A stretch of DNA of 64,000 nt from Chloroflexota bacterium (GTDB lineage: Bacteria > Chloroflexota > UBA11872 > VXNJ01). Positions 30,054 through 40,272 of the stretch are shown piece after piece. Made by a program: the position numbers and the translations under genes. The notes under the pieces were generated by a model. The model worked only from the letters and a program-made list of their open reading frames with translations, was not told the origin of the DNA and searched no databases. Location of the stretch: assembly GCA_965208775.1 (NCBI GenBank), contig OZ242360.1, positions 2,589,404 to 2,653,403 on the forward strand, read 5' to 3'. Numbering within the stretch: the first letter of the stretch is position 1; every line of letters begins with the position of its first letter.

Positions 30054-30638
30054 TTACGTCTGTGGCCGGTTTGCCCGGCTCTCCGCCCGGTAGTATTCGC
30101 GGGCAATGTTCCGTCGAACTGATTCCGCCCGCTTCTCGTTGTGACCATCGTTCAGGATCAACTGCGTCATCTGGTACCAGTCGAAGCTCTGGCCGGCAGT
30201 CGCCATCATGCGGAACACGCGCACGAGCAAGGTCATCAGCATCGATCCGCGCGCCGTAAGAAGGCGGTTCAAGCGCGACTCGCTGTAGAAGGCGGTCGCT
30301 CGGGCGGAGTCGCCGCCCTCGAACAGCGCTCGTCCGATCGGCATGTGCCTGTCGTGCGCGGACCGCCCGGTAGCGTCCGTTCCCGCGGTGCGGGTCATGA
30401 GTGCGAGGCCGTTCAGGACCAGCGCCCACTTGCGTTCGACGACCGGACTCCCGACCAGTTCTGCCTGCGTCGTGAGCCGCCAGAATGCGGCCGCACTGGG
30501 GGCATCTGGGCCCATCCGGCGGAGTTGGGCAAGGTCGCCAGGCGGAAAGCCTTCCGCTGCCAGATCGTTTGCAAACCCTATGGCAATTTCGCCCCATGAT
30601 CGGGGACGCGTCGACTGCTCAGCCGTTTCGGTCGTCAC
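30054..30638 (-). CDS. casB: Cse2 (CasB), small Cascade subunit
   Basis: 194 aa, alpha-helical, overlaps cse1 by 20 nt; position between cse1 and cas7. Confidence 0.7.
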   Translation of the reverse strand: MTTETAEQSTRPRSWGEIAIGFANDLAAEGFPPGDLAQLRRMGPDAPSAAAFWRLTTQAELVGSPVVERKWALVLNGLALMTRTAGTDATGRSAHDRHMPIGRALFEGGDSARATAFYSESRLNRLLTARGSMLMTLLVRVFRMMATAGQSFDWYQMTQLILNDGHNEKRAESVRRNIAREYYRAESRANRPQT

Positions 30639-32205
30639 TGGTCGTCTCCTGTTCGCCGAATAACCATGGGAATCCGTTGTCGCCGCGTATGCGCCCCTGA
30701 AAAATGCTGTCGGCTCGCACGCGAGCTCGATATCGCCGGTTCACTGGGCATGGCAGCGATTCTTCTGCGTCGCGGAGAATCTGCCGGGCATCGTCTAGCA
30801 CTCCGCGCAGCCACGCGTCACGGACGGTCTGACGCTCCGCCGGATCGTCGACTTCAAACTCTTCCTGAAGGTCTTCGAAGAAGCTGGCGTCAACGATTTC
30901 GTCGAGCTTGTTGGCCCATGGGTTCGCGCGGGTCCGATGCTCGTCACCAATGTTGTCGGTTGCACCGCCGGCTGCAAACGCGGAAACCGCGTGGCGAAGA
31001 ATCCGCTGCGCCTTGCGTATGTGCTCAATACGCTTGCTGGCCACCTCGCCGAGATCTTCAGTTCCGCTTCTGCTACCAATCGTCCTTATCACCTTCGATC
31101 TGACGGGAATTGTGCGCTCGTGATAGCCTTCCGTGCCGCCTTGTCCGCGCACCATTCCGCGGGCGACTAGCTGCATGGCGCTGTCCGTACGCTGCTCTGC
31201 GGCTAGTGGTCTGAGCAGGTATGGTCGCTGCCAATCGGCGGAAGTGAGACCATCAACGACTCTCTCGTACCCCAGTCTTCTCGGCCCAAGAAACGCGGTG
31301 GGCGTTCCTGTGGGGCTGGTTCGAATGCTAGTCGGAGCCCAAGGGTCTCCTGTTAGACCCTTCGCGTCGACAATCCGCTTGGACTTGGAATTCGCGCAAC
31401 CCGCTGTGTAAGCTCCGGCCTCATGTCGAATCCGGACTCGGCGGCAGATTTCGATATAGAAGGGGTCGAGCGCTGAGAGGGGCAGAGCTTCCGCTTTGGC
31501 ACCGTCCCAGAGAAGAGTCCAGACCACACCTATGCCTGAATCAGCCATAGGATAGTCGTCAAGGAGAGACTCTCGACATTCGAGCAGCGCTACGATATCG
31601 CGCCGAATGTGAGCGCCGTTTCGGACAGAGGGTGAGATGCTGAACGCCGGTCGGTTGCCGTAACCGCTGGGCATCCGCGAGATTCCATAGTTATCCCGCC
31701 CAGAATATCCCTCCATTGTTTGGAGTGTGACAATTGCAAAGACCCAGTCTTCGGCGTTTCCGGACCATGCGGTCGACCTCTTGATGTCGTGGTTGTTCGA
31801 AGTCACCAGCATGTCCAGCGCGTCAGGCGTTTCGACCGTGTTCTTGTAGTCGCTGAGCTTGTCGGTCGCTGACGCCGGCGGCTGCATAAACGCCGGTTTG
31901 GTGATGTCCGCGACGACAAGCCTCCAAGGCTCGTCGTCCGGCCAGTCGGGGGTTAGACGGCGGATCAACCGCAGCCAGTCAGCGGCATCATCTGGCGGCT
32001 CATTCACCCCAGCACGCTGCATTGCCATGGCCCCCAATTGCACGAGGAACGCATGCCACGGATGGCGCTGGTGCGGCCGAAGCGCCGGGAAGCTGTCGAC
32101 CTCGTCCCGCATTAGCAATGCAAACGTTTCTGGCAATGACTTCCGAAAGCTGGAAGCGCCGACAGCATTGACGCGTATCAGTTCGTCAGCCAGCAGATTA
32201 TCCAC
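30619..32205 (-). CDS. casA: Cse1 (CasA), large Cascade subunit
   Basis: 528 aa, immediately downstream of cas3 and upstream of cse2; size and order fit Cse1. Confidence 0.8.
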   Translation of the reverse strand: MDNLLADELIRVNAVGASSFRKSLPETFALLMRDEVDSFPALRPHQRHPWHAFLVQLGAMAMQRAGVNEPPDDAADWLRLIRRLTPDWPDDEPWRLVVADITKPAFMQPPASATDKLSDYKNTVETPDALDMLVTSNNHDIKRSTAWSGNAEDWVFAIVTLQTMEGYSGRDNYGISRMPSGYGNRPAFSISPSVRNGAHIRRDIVALLECRESLLDDYPMADSGIGVVWTLLWDGAKAEALPLSALDPFYIEICRRVRIRHEAGAYTAGCANSKSKRIVDAKGLTGDPWAPTSIRTSPTGTPTAFLGPRRLGYERVVDGLTSADWQRPYLLRPLAAEQRTDSAMQLVARGMVRGQGGTEGYHERTIPVRSKVIRTIGSRSGTEDLGEVASKRIEHIRKAQRILRHAVSAFAAGGATDNIGDEHRTRANPWANKLDEIVDASFFEDLQEEFEVDDPAERQTVRDAWLRGVLDDARQILRDAEESLPCPVNRRYRARVRADSIFQGRIRGDNGFPWLFGEQETTSDDRNG

Positions 32206-32231
32206 GGTAGCGCATATCCCTTAAGCCCCGT

Positions 32232-34778
32232 TCACGAGCGTTGATGAAGGCCCATGCGGTCGTATCCAAATCTGCGTGTGCCAACAGCGAAGTCAAATCC
32301 GTCCTCAGTCTCGATGGGTTCGATCTCGTCATCGGAAGCGATCCCACGCGACATGTGCTCGGGGATAACGAGTTTGGAGATTCGGCGTTCCACGTCGAAC
32401 GGACTCGCCGGCCGCGGATTGAATCTCACCTCGATGCCCTCCCCACCCAGCCTGGTCCTGATTTCCTCCTCGGCGTCTGCGAACACCACGTCACAGTCTA
32501 GGAAGGATACGTCTCGTCTGATTACCACGTTTCGCGCGGTGAGTTGGTCAGCAATCCCCACTCCCTCAACCTCGTTGCGATGGCCAGTCCAGTCTCCCCC
32601 CAGGTCCTCGACGAGTTCGCCAAGCGTGTCAGGATGAGTTGTTCGCTCTACAAGCTCGCGGTTCATCTCCGGAATGTGCCACGCCTCGCCCGTGTTCGAG
32701 ACATCGACCACGAACCGACGGGTTAATTCTAACACTCTCAGGTCGGGATAGACGTATCCACCAAGTCCGTTGCGTGCTAAGCCGCCAGCCCTCTTCGAAA
32801 GGAAGGGAGACAGATCGTCATGCGGCGGCAGCAGGACGATGCATCGAGGTTCTCCATAGCCACTGGGCCGTTCCTCGCGGACATGTCGATGAAGACGGCC
32901 GATCCTTTGCAGCAGTACGTCCATGGGACAGAGGTCCGTAATCAGCAGGTCGGCGTCGATGTCCAGCGACTGCTCAAGCGTTTGCGTCCCGACGACGACG
33001 CGTCCGCCTCCTTCCCTCCGCTTGCCGAGCTGCCGCTCGACTTCGGCGTCCAACAGCAGGCGGTCTTCGGCTGCGAACCTGCCTGTGTGCAGCGTGGGCC
33101 TGCCGTTGCATCGGAACATCAGGTGTTCTTCGCCCGCCTTGGCGCTAGTTTCTATCGCGCGCTGTGTTTCCACGGCGTAGTCGACGGTATTCCGGATGAG
33201 GAGGACCTTTGCACCTAGACGGGCGGCTCCAAGAGCAAGACCGGCTACGTGATCGAAGTCGTGCATTGAGGGATTTGCGTCTACGGATACCACTTTGTTC
33301 TGGTCGTTCTCGCCGGCCCCTACGACACGTTCAATGCGGTCGCTACATGTGCTAATCGCGGGATAAGCCGTCTCAATCGCTTCATGGAGGGATTGGCTCG
33401 GTAGATCAGTTGCCCGCTTGGGTCGCAACAGCCATTGTCGCCGCGCTGCAGAGCCGAGCGTGGCGGACATCAGCAGCGCGTAGCCGCCAGCCCCGAGGTG
33501 TGCGTTGAGCAACGCCTCCAGCACCACACGCATGTATGGATCGGATGCGTGCACCTCATCGACTACGAGCAAGCTGCGGGCCAAGCACGACGCGCGCAGA
33601 TGGGCATGCCGGACTTGCAGCGCCGCCATCATCGCCTGGTCGACAGTACCTACGGCGATCTGAGCCGCCAGAAACCGTTTGTTGCTCTCAGCCGCCCAAC
33701 GGCGTTTTCCGGTTCCGAGGTCCGGGTTGTCATCCCACAACACCTGAAACCCGGGCAGGTGTTGACCGGTGAAGTCGCCGGCCCGGACGTACCCCGGCAC
33801 CGCCAACACGGACTCAGGTCTGCGGTCGGCCGGAAACAGATTCGCCGCGAAGGCCGTTACCCGAGCGTGGAGCTGTTTGGCGGCGGCGCGGGTCGGCAGC
33901 GCGAAATAGAGACCGTCGACTAGCCCCGCCTCGTACATCCGGGCGAAGCGCCACAGCGCAGCCTCTGTCTTTCCCGACCCCGTTTCGGACTCGATGATGA
34001 CGAGGTGCTCCTCCAGGGGAGTCTTCCAGGCCGATTGCTCCTGGATCGCGTTTGGCTGTGGCGAGCCTTCAATATCGAACAGCTCTCCAAAAGCGGGTAG
34101 GTCAGGCAGACACTCCCGTTGAGCTTCGATATTGAGGGCCAGCGCCTTGATCGCCTCAGTTGCCTGCTCGCGGGCAGTCTGCATGTAGTCGTCGTCAGGT
34201 TCGTCGACGAAGCAGAAGAGATCCTCGTCGGAGCCGATCCAGTCGGCCAGGTTGCATAGGCCCAGAAACATGTGCTGAAAACGGGGATCGGATGGCAGCG
34301 ACAGGGCGTTCGGGGAGAAGGCGATCGGGAACCAGTCCCTCGCCAGTCGGCCTATACGTTCGACGAAACGCCGCGGACTGTGACTTCGGAAGGCTCGCCA
34401 GATCTGCGGGTTCTTCGGTAGGGGGTCATGCAGATTCAGAGGACGACCGTGGTGCGACAGCGCGGCGATAAAAAGGGCTGAAGCCGTATGGCCCCCGTCG
34501 GCATCCCATGTTGAGAAGTACTGATCCCAGCCCAAGGCTTCAAGCAACCATTCACTGGTTTCTTGGTCGTCGCCAAGTAGTACTGGGACCAGATTAGACG
34601 TGTGACCCGCCCTGCTTGGCTTTTGCCATCCATCTAGCTCTTCGTCCCGCCAGATCTGAGTTTGGAACCGCTTGTTCACCTTTCCAATGTCGTGGAGGGC
34701 CGCAAAGACGGCCAGCCGCGCCACCGTCACGTCGTCGAGATCGGGGAGGTCGGCCGTCTGCGCCAGCCTCCGTCTCAC
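32232..34778 (-). CDS. cas3: Cas3 HD nuclease / SF2 helicase
   Basis: N-terminal HD motif (FAALHDIGK), helicase motifs (ESETGSGKTEAAL Walker A; VVDEVHASD DEVH box). 848 aa. First gene of the cas operon. Confidence 0.9.
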   Translation of the reverse strand: MRRRLAQTADLPDLDDVTVARLAVFAALHDIGKVNKRFQTQIWRDEELDGWQKPSRAGHTSNLVPVLLGDDQETSEWLLEALGWDQYFSTWDADGGHTASALFIAALSHHGRPLNLHDPLPKNPQIWRAFRSHSPRRFVERIGRLARDWFPIAFSPNALSLPSDPRFQHMFLGLCNLADWIGSDEDLFCFVDEPDDDYMQTAREQATEAIKALALNIEAQRECLPDLPAFGELFDIEGSPQPNAIQEQSAWKTPLEEHLVIIESETGSGKTEAALWRFARMYEAGLVDGLYFALPTRAAAKQLHARVTAFAANLFPADRRPESVLAVPGYVRAGDFTGQHLPGFQVLWDDNPDLGTGKRRWAAESNKRFLAAQIAVGTVDQAMMAALQVRHAHLRASCLARSLLVVDEVHASDPYMRVVLEALLNAHLGAGGYALLMSATLGSAARRQWLLRPKRATDLPSQSLHEAIETAYPAISTCSDRIERVVGAGENDQNKVVSVDANPSMHDFDHVAGLALGAARLGAKVLLIRNTVDYAVETQRAIETSAKAGEEHLMFRCNGRPTLHTGRFAAEDRLLLDAEVERQLGKRREGGGRVVVGTQTLEQSLDIDADLLITDLCPMDVLLQRIGRLHRHVREERPSGYGEPRCIVLLPPHDDLSPFLSKRAGGLARNGLGGYVYPDLRVLELTRRFVVDVSNTGEAWHIPEMNRELVERTTHPDTLGELVEDLGGDWTGHRNEVEGVGIADQLTARNVVIRRDVSFLDCDVVFADAEEEIRTRLGGEGIEVRFNPRPASPFDVERRISKLVIPEHMSRGIASDDEIEPIETEDGFDFAVGTRRFGYDRMGLHQRS

Positions 34779-35093
34779 GGTCGGCTGCGCGAGCAGCGCT
34801 TCAAAACAGGCGCCAACGTCGGCAAGGTGGTGCTCAAGCAGGTGAACTCGTTGAGGAGCGTGCCGATCAGACTTACCCCAAAAGTGGCGTATGTATGCGG
34901 GCGTGAGATTGATTTCTGTTACCTCACTGCAGGTGTTGTCAAACTATCTCGCAGATCGTTACTTCGAGGCAACCGCAGTTTGCTCGGGCTTGAAGCCAAT
35001 GGGACTTCGGAGAAGTCATTCTCAGAGCACCAGGACGGCCCTATTCACACATCGTCTCGGATGAACTCGGAGCCGACGGATGAGTAATACCGT

Positions 35094-35498
35094 CTACGAG
35101 AACGGATTTAGCGTCGGGACCCCAGTCGGTTCGAAGTGTTGGACGTTGCCGGTCACGACCGTCAGGCCGTGTTCCAGCGCCGTGGCGGCGATCAGCAAGT
35201 CTGCGCCGTCATGCCCGAGTGTCGCCGACAACTGGCCCCAGCGCCGCGCGGCGGCGGCGTCGATTAGCAGGATGCGGTCACCGTACCAAACCAGTACGCG
35301 GTCCAACCAGCTGGCCAGTTCGTCGGCGAAGGCCGGGTCGCGTCGCCGCTGCTGCGTAATGCCCCGCTCTATTTCTCCAACCGTAACGACACTCAGGTAC
35401 AGATCCGCCGTGCGCTGAGCAGCCACCCACGCGACCGTTTTGAGATTTCGCTCGCGCCTGCGTAGCGCCGAAAGCACGTCGGTATCGAGCAGAAACAC
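35094..35498 (-). CDS. vapC: VapC-type PIN-domain toxin
   Basis: 134 aa, starts MFLLDTDVLSAL (PIN acidic residue), later conserved D (LLIDAAA) and D..L.AA.A...G.TVVT; overlaps the upstream antitoxin gene by 1 nt. Confidence 0.8.
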   Translation of the reverse strand: MFLLDTDVLSALRRRERNLKTVAWVAAQRTADLYLSVVTVGEIERGITQQRRRDPAFADELASWLDRVLVWYGDRILLIDAAAARRWGQLSATLGHDGADLLIAATALEHGLTVVTGNVQHFEPTGVPTLNPFS

Positions 35499-35755
35499 TA
35501 GAAGCCCAGTGGCCTGTCCGGGATGGACAGCCGCTCGAACTCCTGGTCGTCCTGTGGGATTTCAAGGAGCAGTTCACCGAGCGTCGCAGCGTTGGACCTC
35601 TCCAGGTTACAAAGTCGCTCGTACTCCTCCGTCGCCAACACGACCACCGCGGGCTGCCCCCGCCGGGTAACCAGCTGGGGTTCGCCCGCCACGGCGGCGC
35701 TGACCAGCGCACTGAATTTGTTCTTCGCGTCCTGTAGGGGCCACTCCGCCATCAC
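35498..35755 (-). CDS. vapB: Phd/YefM-fold antitoxin paired with VapC
   Basis: 85 aa, N-terminal W.L.DAKNKFSALV..A..G.PQ.VTRRG.PAVVVL is the Phd/YefM signature. Translationally coupled to vapC. Confidence 0.75.
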   Translation of the reverse strand: MMAEWPLQDAKNKFSALVSAAVAGEPQLVTRRGQPAVVVLATEEYERLCNLERSNAATLGELLLEIPQDDQEFERLSIPDRPLGF

Positions 35756-36263
35756 GACCTCCGGCTAGCTATCCTAGCTAGATTTTACCGCAGCTCGACA
35801 TCCGATGACTCCGGTAGCAAGTTACCGATCCCTTCTTAAGGGTCAGGCTTCACGATCCGAGCTCAGGTGTGGCCAGGCGACGCTCACGGATCAACCGTTG
35901 CTCGACAGCTTCGTCTGGTGGGCACAGCTTGACTGAGATATGCTACCGGCGTCCAAGCCGCCGGTACTTCTACTGGCACTCCACGCGAGACGTGACTTCG
36001 CGTCCTCTCGCGGTCTGCCAGAAGTGGCGGCTTGGACACCGATCACGTCTCACATGCTGCGAGGGGACACCCATGCCGCCGTTGATCCAGAGCCCTGCTC
36101 GATTGGGCCAACGGGTGGATGCAAGCAACACGAAGCTCGGCTGCCTGACTCCCCTTAAGCCGCGCTTCTTCGTACACAAGGCGTCCTGGCACGAGGCGAG
36201 CAACTCCGACGTGCACTCTCTGGAGTCCGAAGGCCCTGGACCACCTCTCCCGAATGCCACGCC

Positions 36264-37238
36264 ATGAAGGCTATGGACGCGGCCGCGATCGTCCTCAGAG
36301 ACGCCGACGAGCCGCTGCACTATCGCGAGATCACGCAGCGGATGCTTTCGCGAAAGCTATGGACCACCGAAGGGAAGACGCCCTGGGACACCGTAAGGAA
36401 GCAGCTGGCCGAGCACATCAGGACCCGGGGCTCCGCATCCCGCTTCGTCAAACACGGTCCCGGCGTGTTCGCGCTGAGCACGAATGTAGTTGCCGCCAAC
36501 CTGTCCTTTACGGATGCGGCAGAACAGATCCTGAGCCAGTGCACGGAGCAGCAGCCGCTGCACTACACGGAGATCACGCGACGCGCGCTCGAACGCGGTC
36601 TGATTCGCACGCAGGGTCGCACGCCGGCTGCGACGATGTACTCGGGGATCTTGACCGAGATCCGGAGCCGCGCGACACGCGGCGACTCACAGCGCTTCGT
36701 TAGACACGGTCGCGGCATGTTCGGCTTGGCTGCCTGGCTGCCCGTCGGGGTGGCCGGGCAGATCGAGAAACAGAACCGAGAAGTCCGAAGGTTGTTGCTC
36801 GAACGCGCGCGCACCGCTTCCCCTACCGACTTCGAAAACCTGGTAGGCGAGCTACTCGTGGCGATGGGATTTGAGGACGTCGAAGTCACGAAAACGTCCG
36901 GGGACGGCGGCATCGACGTTCGTGGAACACTCGTGGTGGCCGACGCGGTCCGCATCCGCATGGCGGTGCAGGCCAAGCGCTGGAAACGGAACGTCCCGGC
37001 GCCGGTCGTCCAACAGCTTCGCGGTTCGTTGGGAGCGCACGACCAAGGACTCATCATCACGACCAGCGATTTCAGCCGGGGAGCGACGAGAGAAGCAAAC
37101 CGTTCCGACGCCGCACCAGTCGCACTCATGAGCGGAGAGCAGATCGCCGCGCTACTGGCCGAGAACCAGATTGGTGCGCGTGTCACGAGCTACGATCTGT
37201 ACACACTTGACCCCACAGAAAGTCCAAGCAGTCAATGA
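36264..37238 (+). CDS. mrr: Mrr-like type IV (modification-dependent) restriction endonuclease with two N-terminal winged-helix (HARE-HTH-like) modules
   Basis: C-terminal Mrr_cat block FENLVGELLVAMGFEDVEVTKTSGDGGIDVRG...VQAKRWKRNV..PVVQQLRGSL (PD-(D/E)xK). Two repeated ~100-aa N-terminal modules (PLHYREITQRML / PLHYTEITRRAL). Confidence 0.75.
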   Translation: MKAMDAAAIVLRDADEPLHYREITQRMLSRKLWTTEGKTPWDTVRKQLAEHIRTRGSASRFVKHGPGVFALSTNVVAANLSFTDAAEQILSQCTEQQPLHYTEITRRALERGLIRTQGRTPAATMYSGILTEIRSRATRGDSQRFVRHGRGMFGLAAWLPVGVAGQIEKQNREVRRLLLERARTASPTDFENLVGELLVAMGFEDVEVTKTSGDGGIDVRGTLVVADAVRIRMAVQAKRWKRNVPAPVVQQLRGSLGAHDQGLIITTSDFSRGATREANRSDAAPVALMSGEQIAALLAENQIGARVTSYDLYTLDPTESPSSQ

Positions 37239-37483
37239 GGTGTCGCCCCCACAGGCCCCTCGGGCACTTCGTAGGCGACCTCCAGCAGCTTGTCGAGCTC
37301 CTCGTCGGGCATTGAGTACTCTTCGCAGTAGCCGCGAGCAATGATCGACTGAAATCTGAACGGCTGGTGCAGAACGCCGTTGTCCAGCACTCGGGCGTTT
37401 CCCGTCTCGGGATCAAAGCCGTCCTTTTCGACGAGCAGATAGACACCCCGCCCTCGGGTAGCGATGACCTTGTAGTCGCTCAA
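37232..37483 (-). CDS. Small hypothetical protein (83 aa)
   Basis: Coding-like ORF, convergent with and slightly overlapping the mrr end. No motif. Confidence 0.25.
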   Translation of the reverse strand: MSDYKVIATRGRGVYLLVEKDGFDPETGNARVLDNGVLHQPFRFQSIIARGYCEEYSMPDEELDKLLEVAYEVPEGPVGATPH

Positions 37484-38170
37484 CAGACAAACCTCCTGTA
37501 GTGACCCAGCCTAAGCTAAGCCGCCCTCTGGCGGAAGGCAGCCGGGGCGCATGTGCGGTAAGTCAAGGGGGCTCGATACACCGATCTTCCTACATCCGAT
37601 CGCACACGGTGCCGACGGGCATGCCAACGCCGATTCCATTGATCTCCACGACCGTGTAAATGCTCAAGGCACCGACTTCAACACTCGCCTCCACTTATCG
37701 CGAATCCGCGCCTGCACGAGGGTCATGATTCACGCGCGACCGATTGACAGGCTTCGCCGGACTCTGCAGAGCGCTCTATTTATCGATCCGAACTTTAGTG
37801 TTAGACAGTGCCCGGAGAGGTTCGCGGGTGTGCCGCGCCATGACCGAGTTGGACACATCCCGGACGATCTTGCCTGGCCTGACCACCTTCGAGCGGAAAA
37901 GGGATTTAAGTCCGCGCTCGCCCCTGCGGGCGTTCGCAGCCAACTCCGGATCAGAAACCGTCTCGTCGGTGGCCGGATCGTCGAGCACCCAGTCCTCAAT
38001 TGTCTCGGCCTCGCAAAGGCAGTTCCATGAGACGACTCTATGTTCGAGCCCGGCATCGATTGCTGCGGCGGTTTCGGGATAGATTCCGGAGGCTGACAGG
38101 GTCTCGGAGTCGGCCGGCGAGGTTACACTGCGGTCCGCTCAAGGAAACGGTCACACCGCACAACGTCCGT

Positions 38171-39820
38171 TCACCGCGAGAGGATTTCATCCAAAATCTG
38201 GTCGTACAGTTGCTTGGCAGCAAACGCCTCGCCCATGGACTCGACGGCCTCGCAGCGCGCTTCGAGGACGATCTGGCGGACCATGCGCTCGGCGAGATGA
38301 AGGATGTTCTTTTCGATTCGCTCGATGGCATCCCGCTCGTCGAGAGAACAGGCGGACTCGCGGTTTTGCGGGCAGATACGATCATCGAAGTATGCCTGCA
38401 ACGGTTCGCGCTTCTCAGACAGCGTGTCGAACGACCGGACGAGATTGCGGAGTTTGGTGCGGCAGAAATCCAGGTATCCGGGGCACTCGATTGGGACCAT
38501 CTCGTGGCCTCGGAAATGAGCTGTCGAAATACTCTCCGCTGCGGCGGCGACGCCCTCGGCCGCGGTGACGGCATCCTCGGCGAGGCGCCGCCAGCGGATT
38601 CGAGCCTGTTCCCCCGCGTCGCTCTCCGATCCGCCCAAGGCCGAGAACCGGAGATCTTGCAACAGCATTGTCCGGTACGTTTGCAGGCGGCGCGCCGTGC
38701 GGTTGTCGTGCACAGACCACACTTCGGGATCTTGCAACGGTTCGATCGGCTCCGCCCAGCAGCCCGCCAGAGCGACATCGCGTCCCTGGCTCTTGAGCCA
38801 GTCGTTCCAGGAGGAAACGCGGAAGCCGTGTTCGGTCAAGGCATCGAGGCGGACGCCGAGTGTGCGTGCGCGCCAACGCTGATAGAGGGAGAGATTGACA
38901 TAAGGTCGACGGCCAAAGCGGCGGCACCTGCCGCGATAGGAGCGAACGCGGTCGGTTGCGGCCTGGCGGGCGTCATGCCAGGAAGCGTCGTCGACCGGCG
39001 AGGGTCTTCCCTCGGGGTCGGCTTGGACGAAGTGTTGAAAGGCGAGCGGGTGAGAGTCGTCCGTGGCCTGGGGAGTCCAGCCGCGGTCATTGAGGATGAC
39101 GCCGAACTCGGCCAGTTCGAGGACAGTGCGATCCACCCAGCGGCCATCGAGGAGTGGCGCGTTGCGGAGGAACGGGATCGGCACGGCGGGTAGAGAGACG
39201 AGCTTTCCCGCGGGAACTTCCTTGGAGCGAACGAGGCGTCGGAATTCTCGCTTGATCGTCGAGGAGATTCTGGTCCGCCGCTCGCGCAAATCCTCGTCGC
39301 CGCTGTGCCGGAGCGCCGAGCAGTCCCACTCCCGGAAGGTGCTCGGATCGTCGAGAGAGACCCAGGATTGGATTTGGTTCATGAGAGCCGCCTCGACGGC
39401 TGCGGCGGTGTGGGAATCGAGCGGATATGCGAACCAGTTTGTTACGCTGGACAGCTCATCGTGGATGCAGAGGCGGCGAAACTCGCTGTAGAGGAGATTG
39501 ATGTTTCGTTCCGCCATCTGGAGCTCCTGCCAGATAAGTTCTTTCAGCTTGAGATACATCCTCCACAGGAAGAGGACCTCGCGCTCGGCCTCGTCAGCTT
39601 GTATATCTATCGCTTCTCGTGGGAGACCCTGCATGGATTTTTCGGCCGCTCGTCGCGCCTGCTCACTCAATCGATTGAGCGGCGGATCGGGCGGCTTCAG
39701 GCTCTCCAGGTACTCATTGGTAGAACGAAACCGGGCCATTCTCTGGAGCTCGCGGAGGACGATATCGGTGGGCGAGAGACAGTCTTCCAGGTCCTTGAGG
39801 GTCTTGCCGCGTGAGCTCAC
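38171..39820 (-). CDS. Hypothetical 549-aa protein, last gene of the HTH-STAND / ParB-MTase operon
   Basis: Long coding-like ORF. Its start overlaps the stop of the upstream 151-aa gene by 4 nt (translational coupling). No domain recognised. Confidence 0.45.
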   Translation of the reverse strand: MSSRGKTLKDLEDCLSPTDIVLRELQRMARFRSTNEYLESLKPPDPPLNRLSEQARRAAEKSMQGLPREAIDIQADEAEREVLFLWRMYLKLKELIWQELQMAERNINLLYSEFRRLCIHDELSSVTNWFAYPLDSHTAAAVEAALMNQIQSWVSLDDPSTFREWDCSALRHSGDEDLRERRTRISSTIKREFRRLVRSKEVPAGKLVSLPAVPIPFLRNAPLLDGRWVDRTVLELAEFGVILNDRGWTPQATDDSHPLAFQHFVQADPEGRPSPVDDASWHDARQAATDRVRSYRGRCRRFGRRPYVNLSLYQRWRARTLGVRLDALTEHGFRVSSWNDWLKSQGRDVALAGCWAEPIEPLQDPEVWSVHDNRTARRLQTYRTMLLQDLRFSALGGSESDAGEQARIRWRRLAEDAVTAAEGVAAAAESISTAHFRGHEMVPIECPGYLDFCRTKLRNLVRSFDTLSEKREPLQAYFDDRICPQNRESACSLDERDAIERIEKNILHLAERMVRQIVLEARCEAVESMGEAFAAKQLYDQILDEILSR

Positions 39821-40272
39821 TGTCGTGAAGGCTCCAAGGGGAGTTCGACTTTGGGCAGGTCGTCATCGAAGGACGAGTCAAGATCACCGGCGGCGACGGC
39901 GGCCTTGACGTCGGCGAGGTCTTGGGCGAGGTTGCCAGTTTCCATCAATTCGCGAGCCTCGCGCACGACCCGGAGCAAGGCGTTGGTGCGGGCGATGGAG
40001 GGCTTCATGCCGAGGAGATCCTTGGTGGTGATGTCGAGGAGTCGGGAGATGCCGCCGGTCGAGTCGAGGCTCTCGGGGAGGTCGTAGGCGCCCTCGATGG
40101 CCTTCTCGCGGCGGCGGCGCCGGCCGCCGAGTCGCCTGGCCTCGGCGGCCTCCGCCTCGTAATCGGGGTGGTGCCAGAAGCAGAACGGCTCGCCGCCCAT
40201 GGGGCTGAAGCCGCAGGGCGAGCCGCCGGCGTTGCTGGCAGTACAGGAGCGTTTGCGAGCGCGGTCTAGCAT
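39817..40272 (-). CDS. Small Cys/His-rich protein (putative zinc-binding), 151 aa
   Basis: N-terminal C-x9-C-x10-C-x2-HH cluster (CTASNAGGSPCGFSPMGGEPFCFWHH). Overlaps both neighbours by 4-7 nt. Confidence 0.4.
   Translation of the reverse strand: MLDRARKRSCTASNAGGSPCGFSPMGGEPFCFWHHPDYEAEAAEARRLGGRRRRREKAIEGAYDLPESLDSTGGISRLLDITTKDLLGMKPSIARTNALLRVVREARELMETGNLAQDLADVKAAVAAGDLDSSFDDDLPKVELPLEPSRQ

Noticed and set aside
37730-38056. ORFs of 70-159 aa on both strands in the 690-nt gap between the small 83-aa gene and the 549-aa gene
   Set aside because: Mutually exclusive overlapping frames with low-complexity Arg/Ser-rich products. More likely a non-coding promoter/terminator region for the convergent genes.
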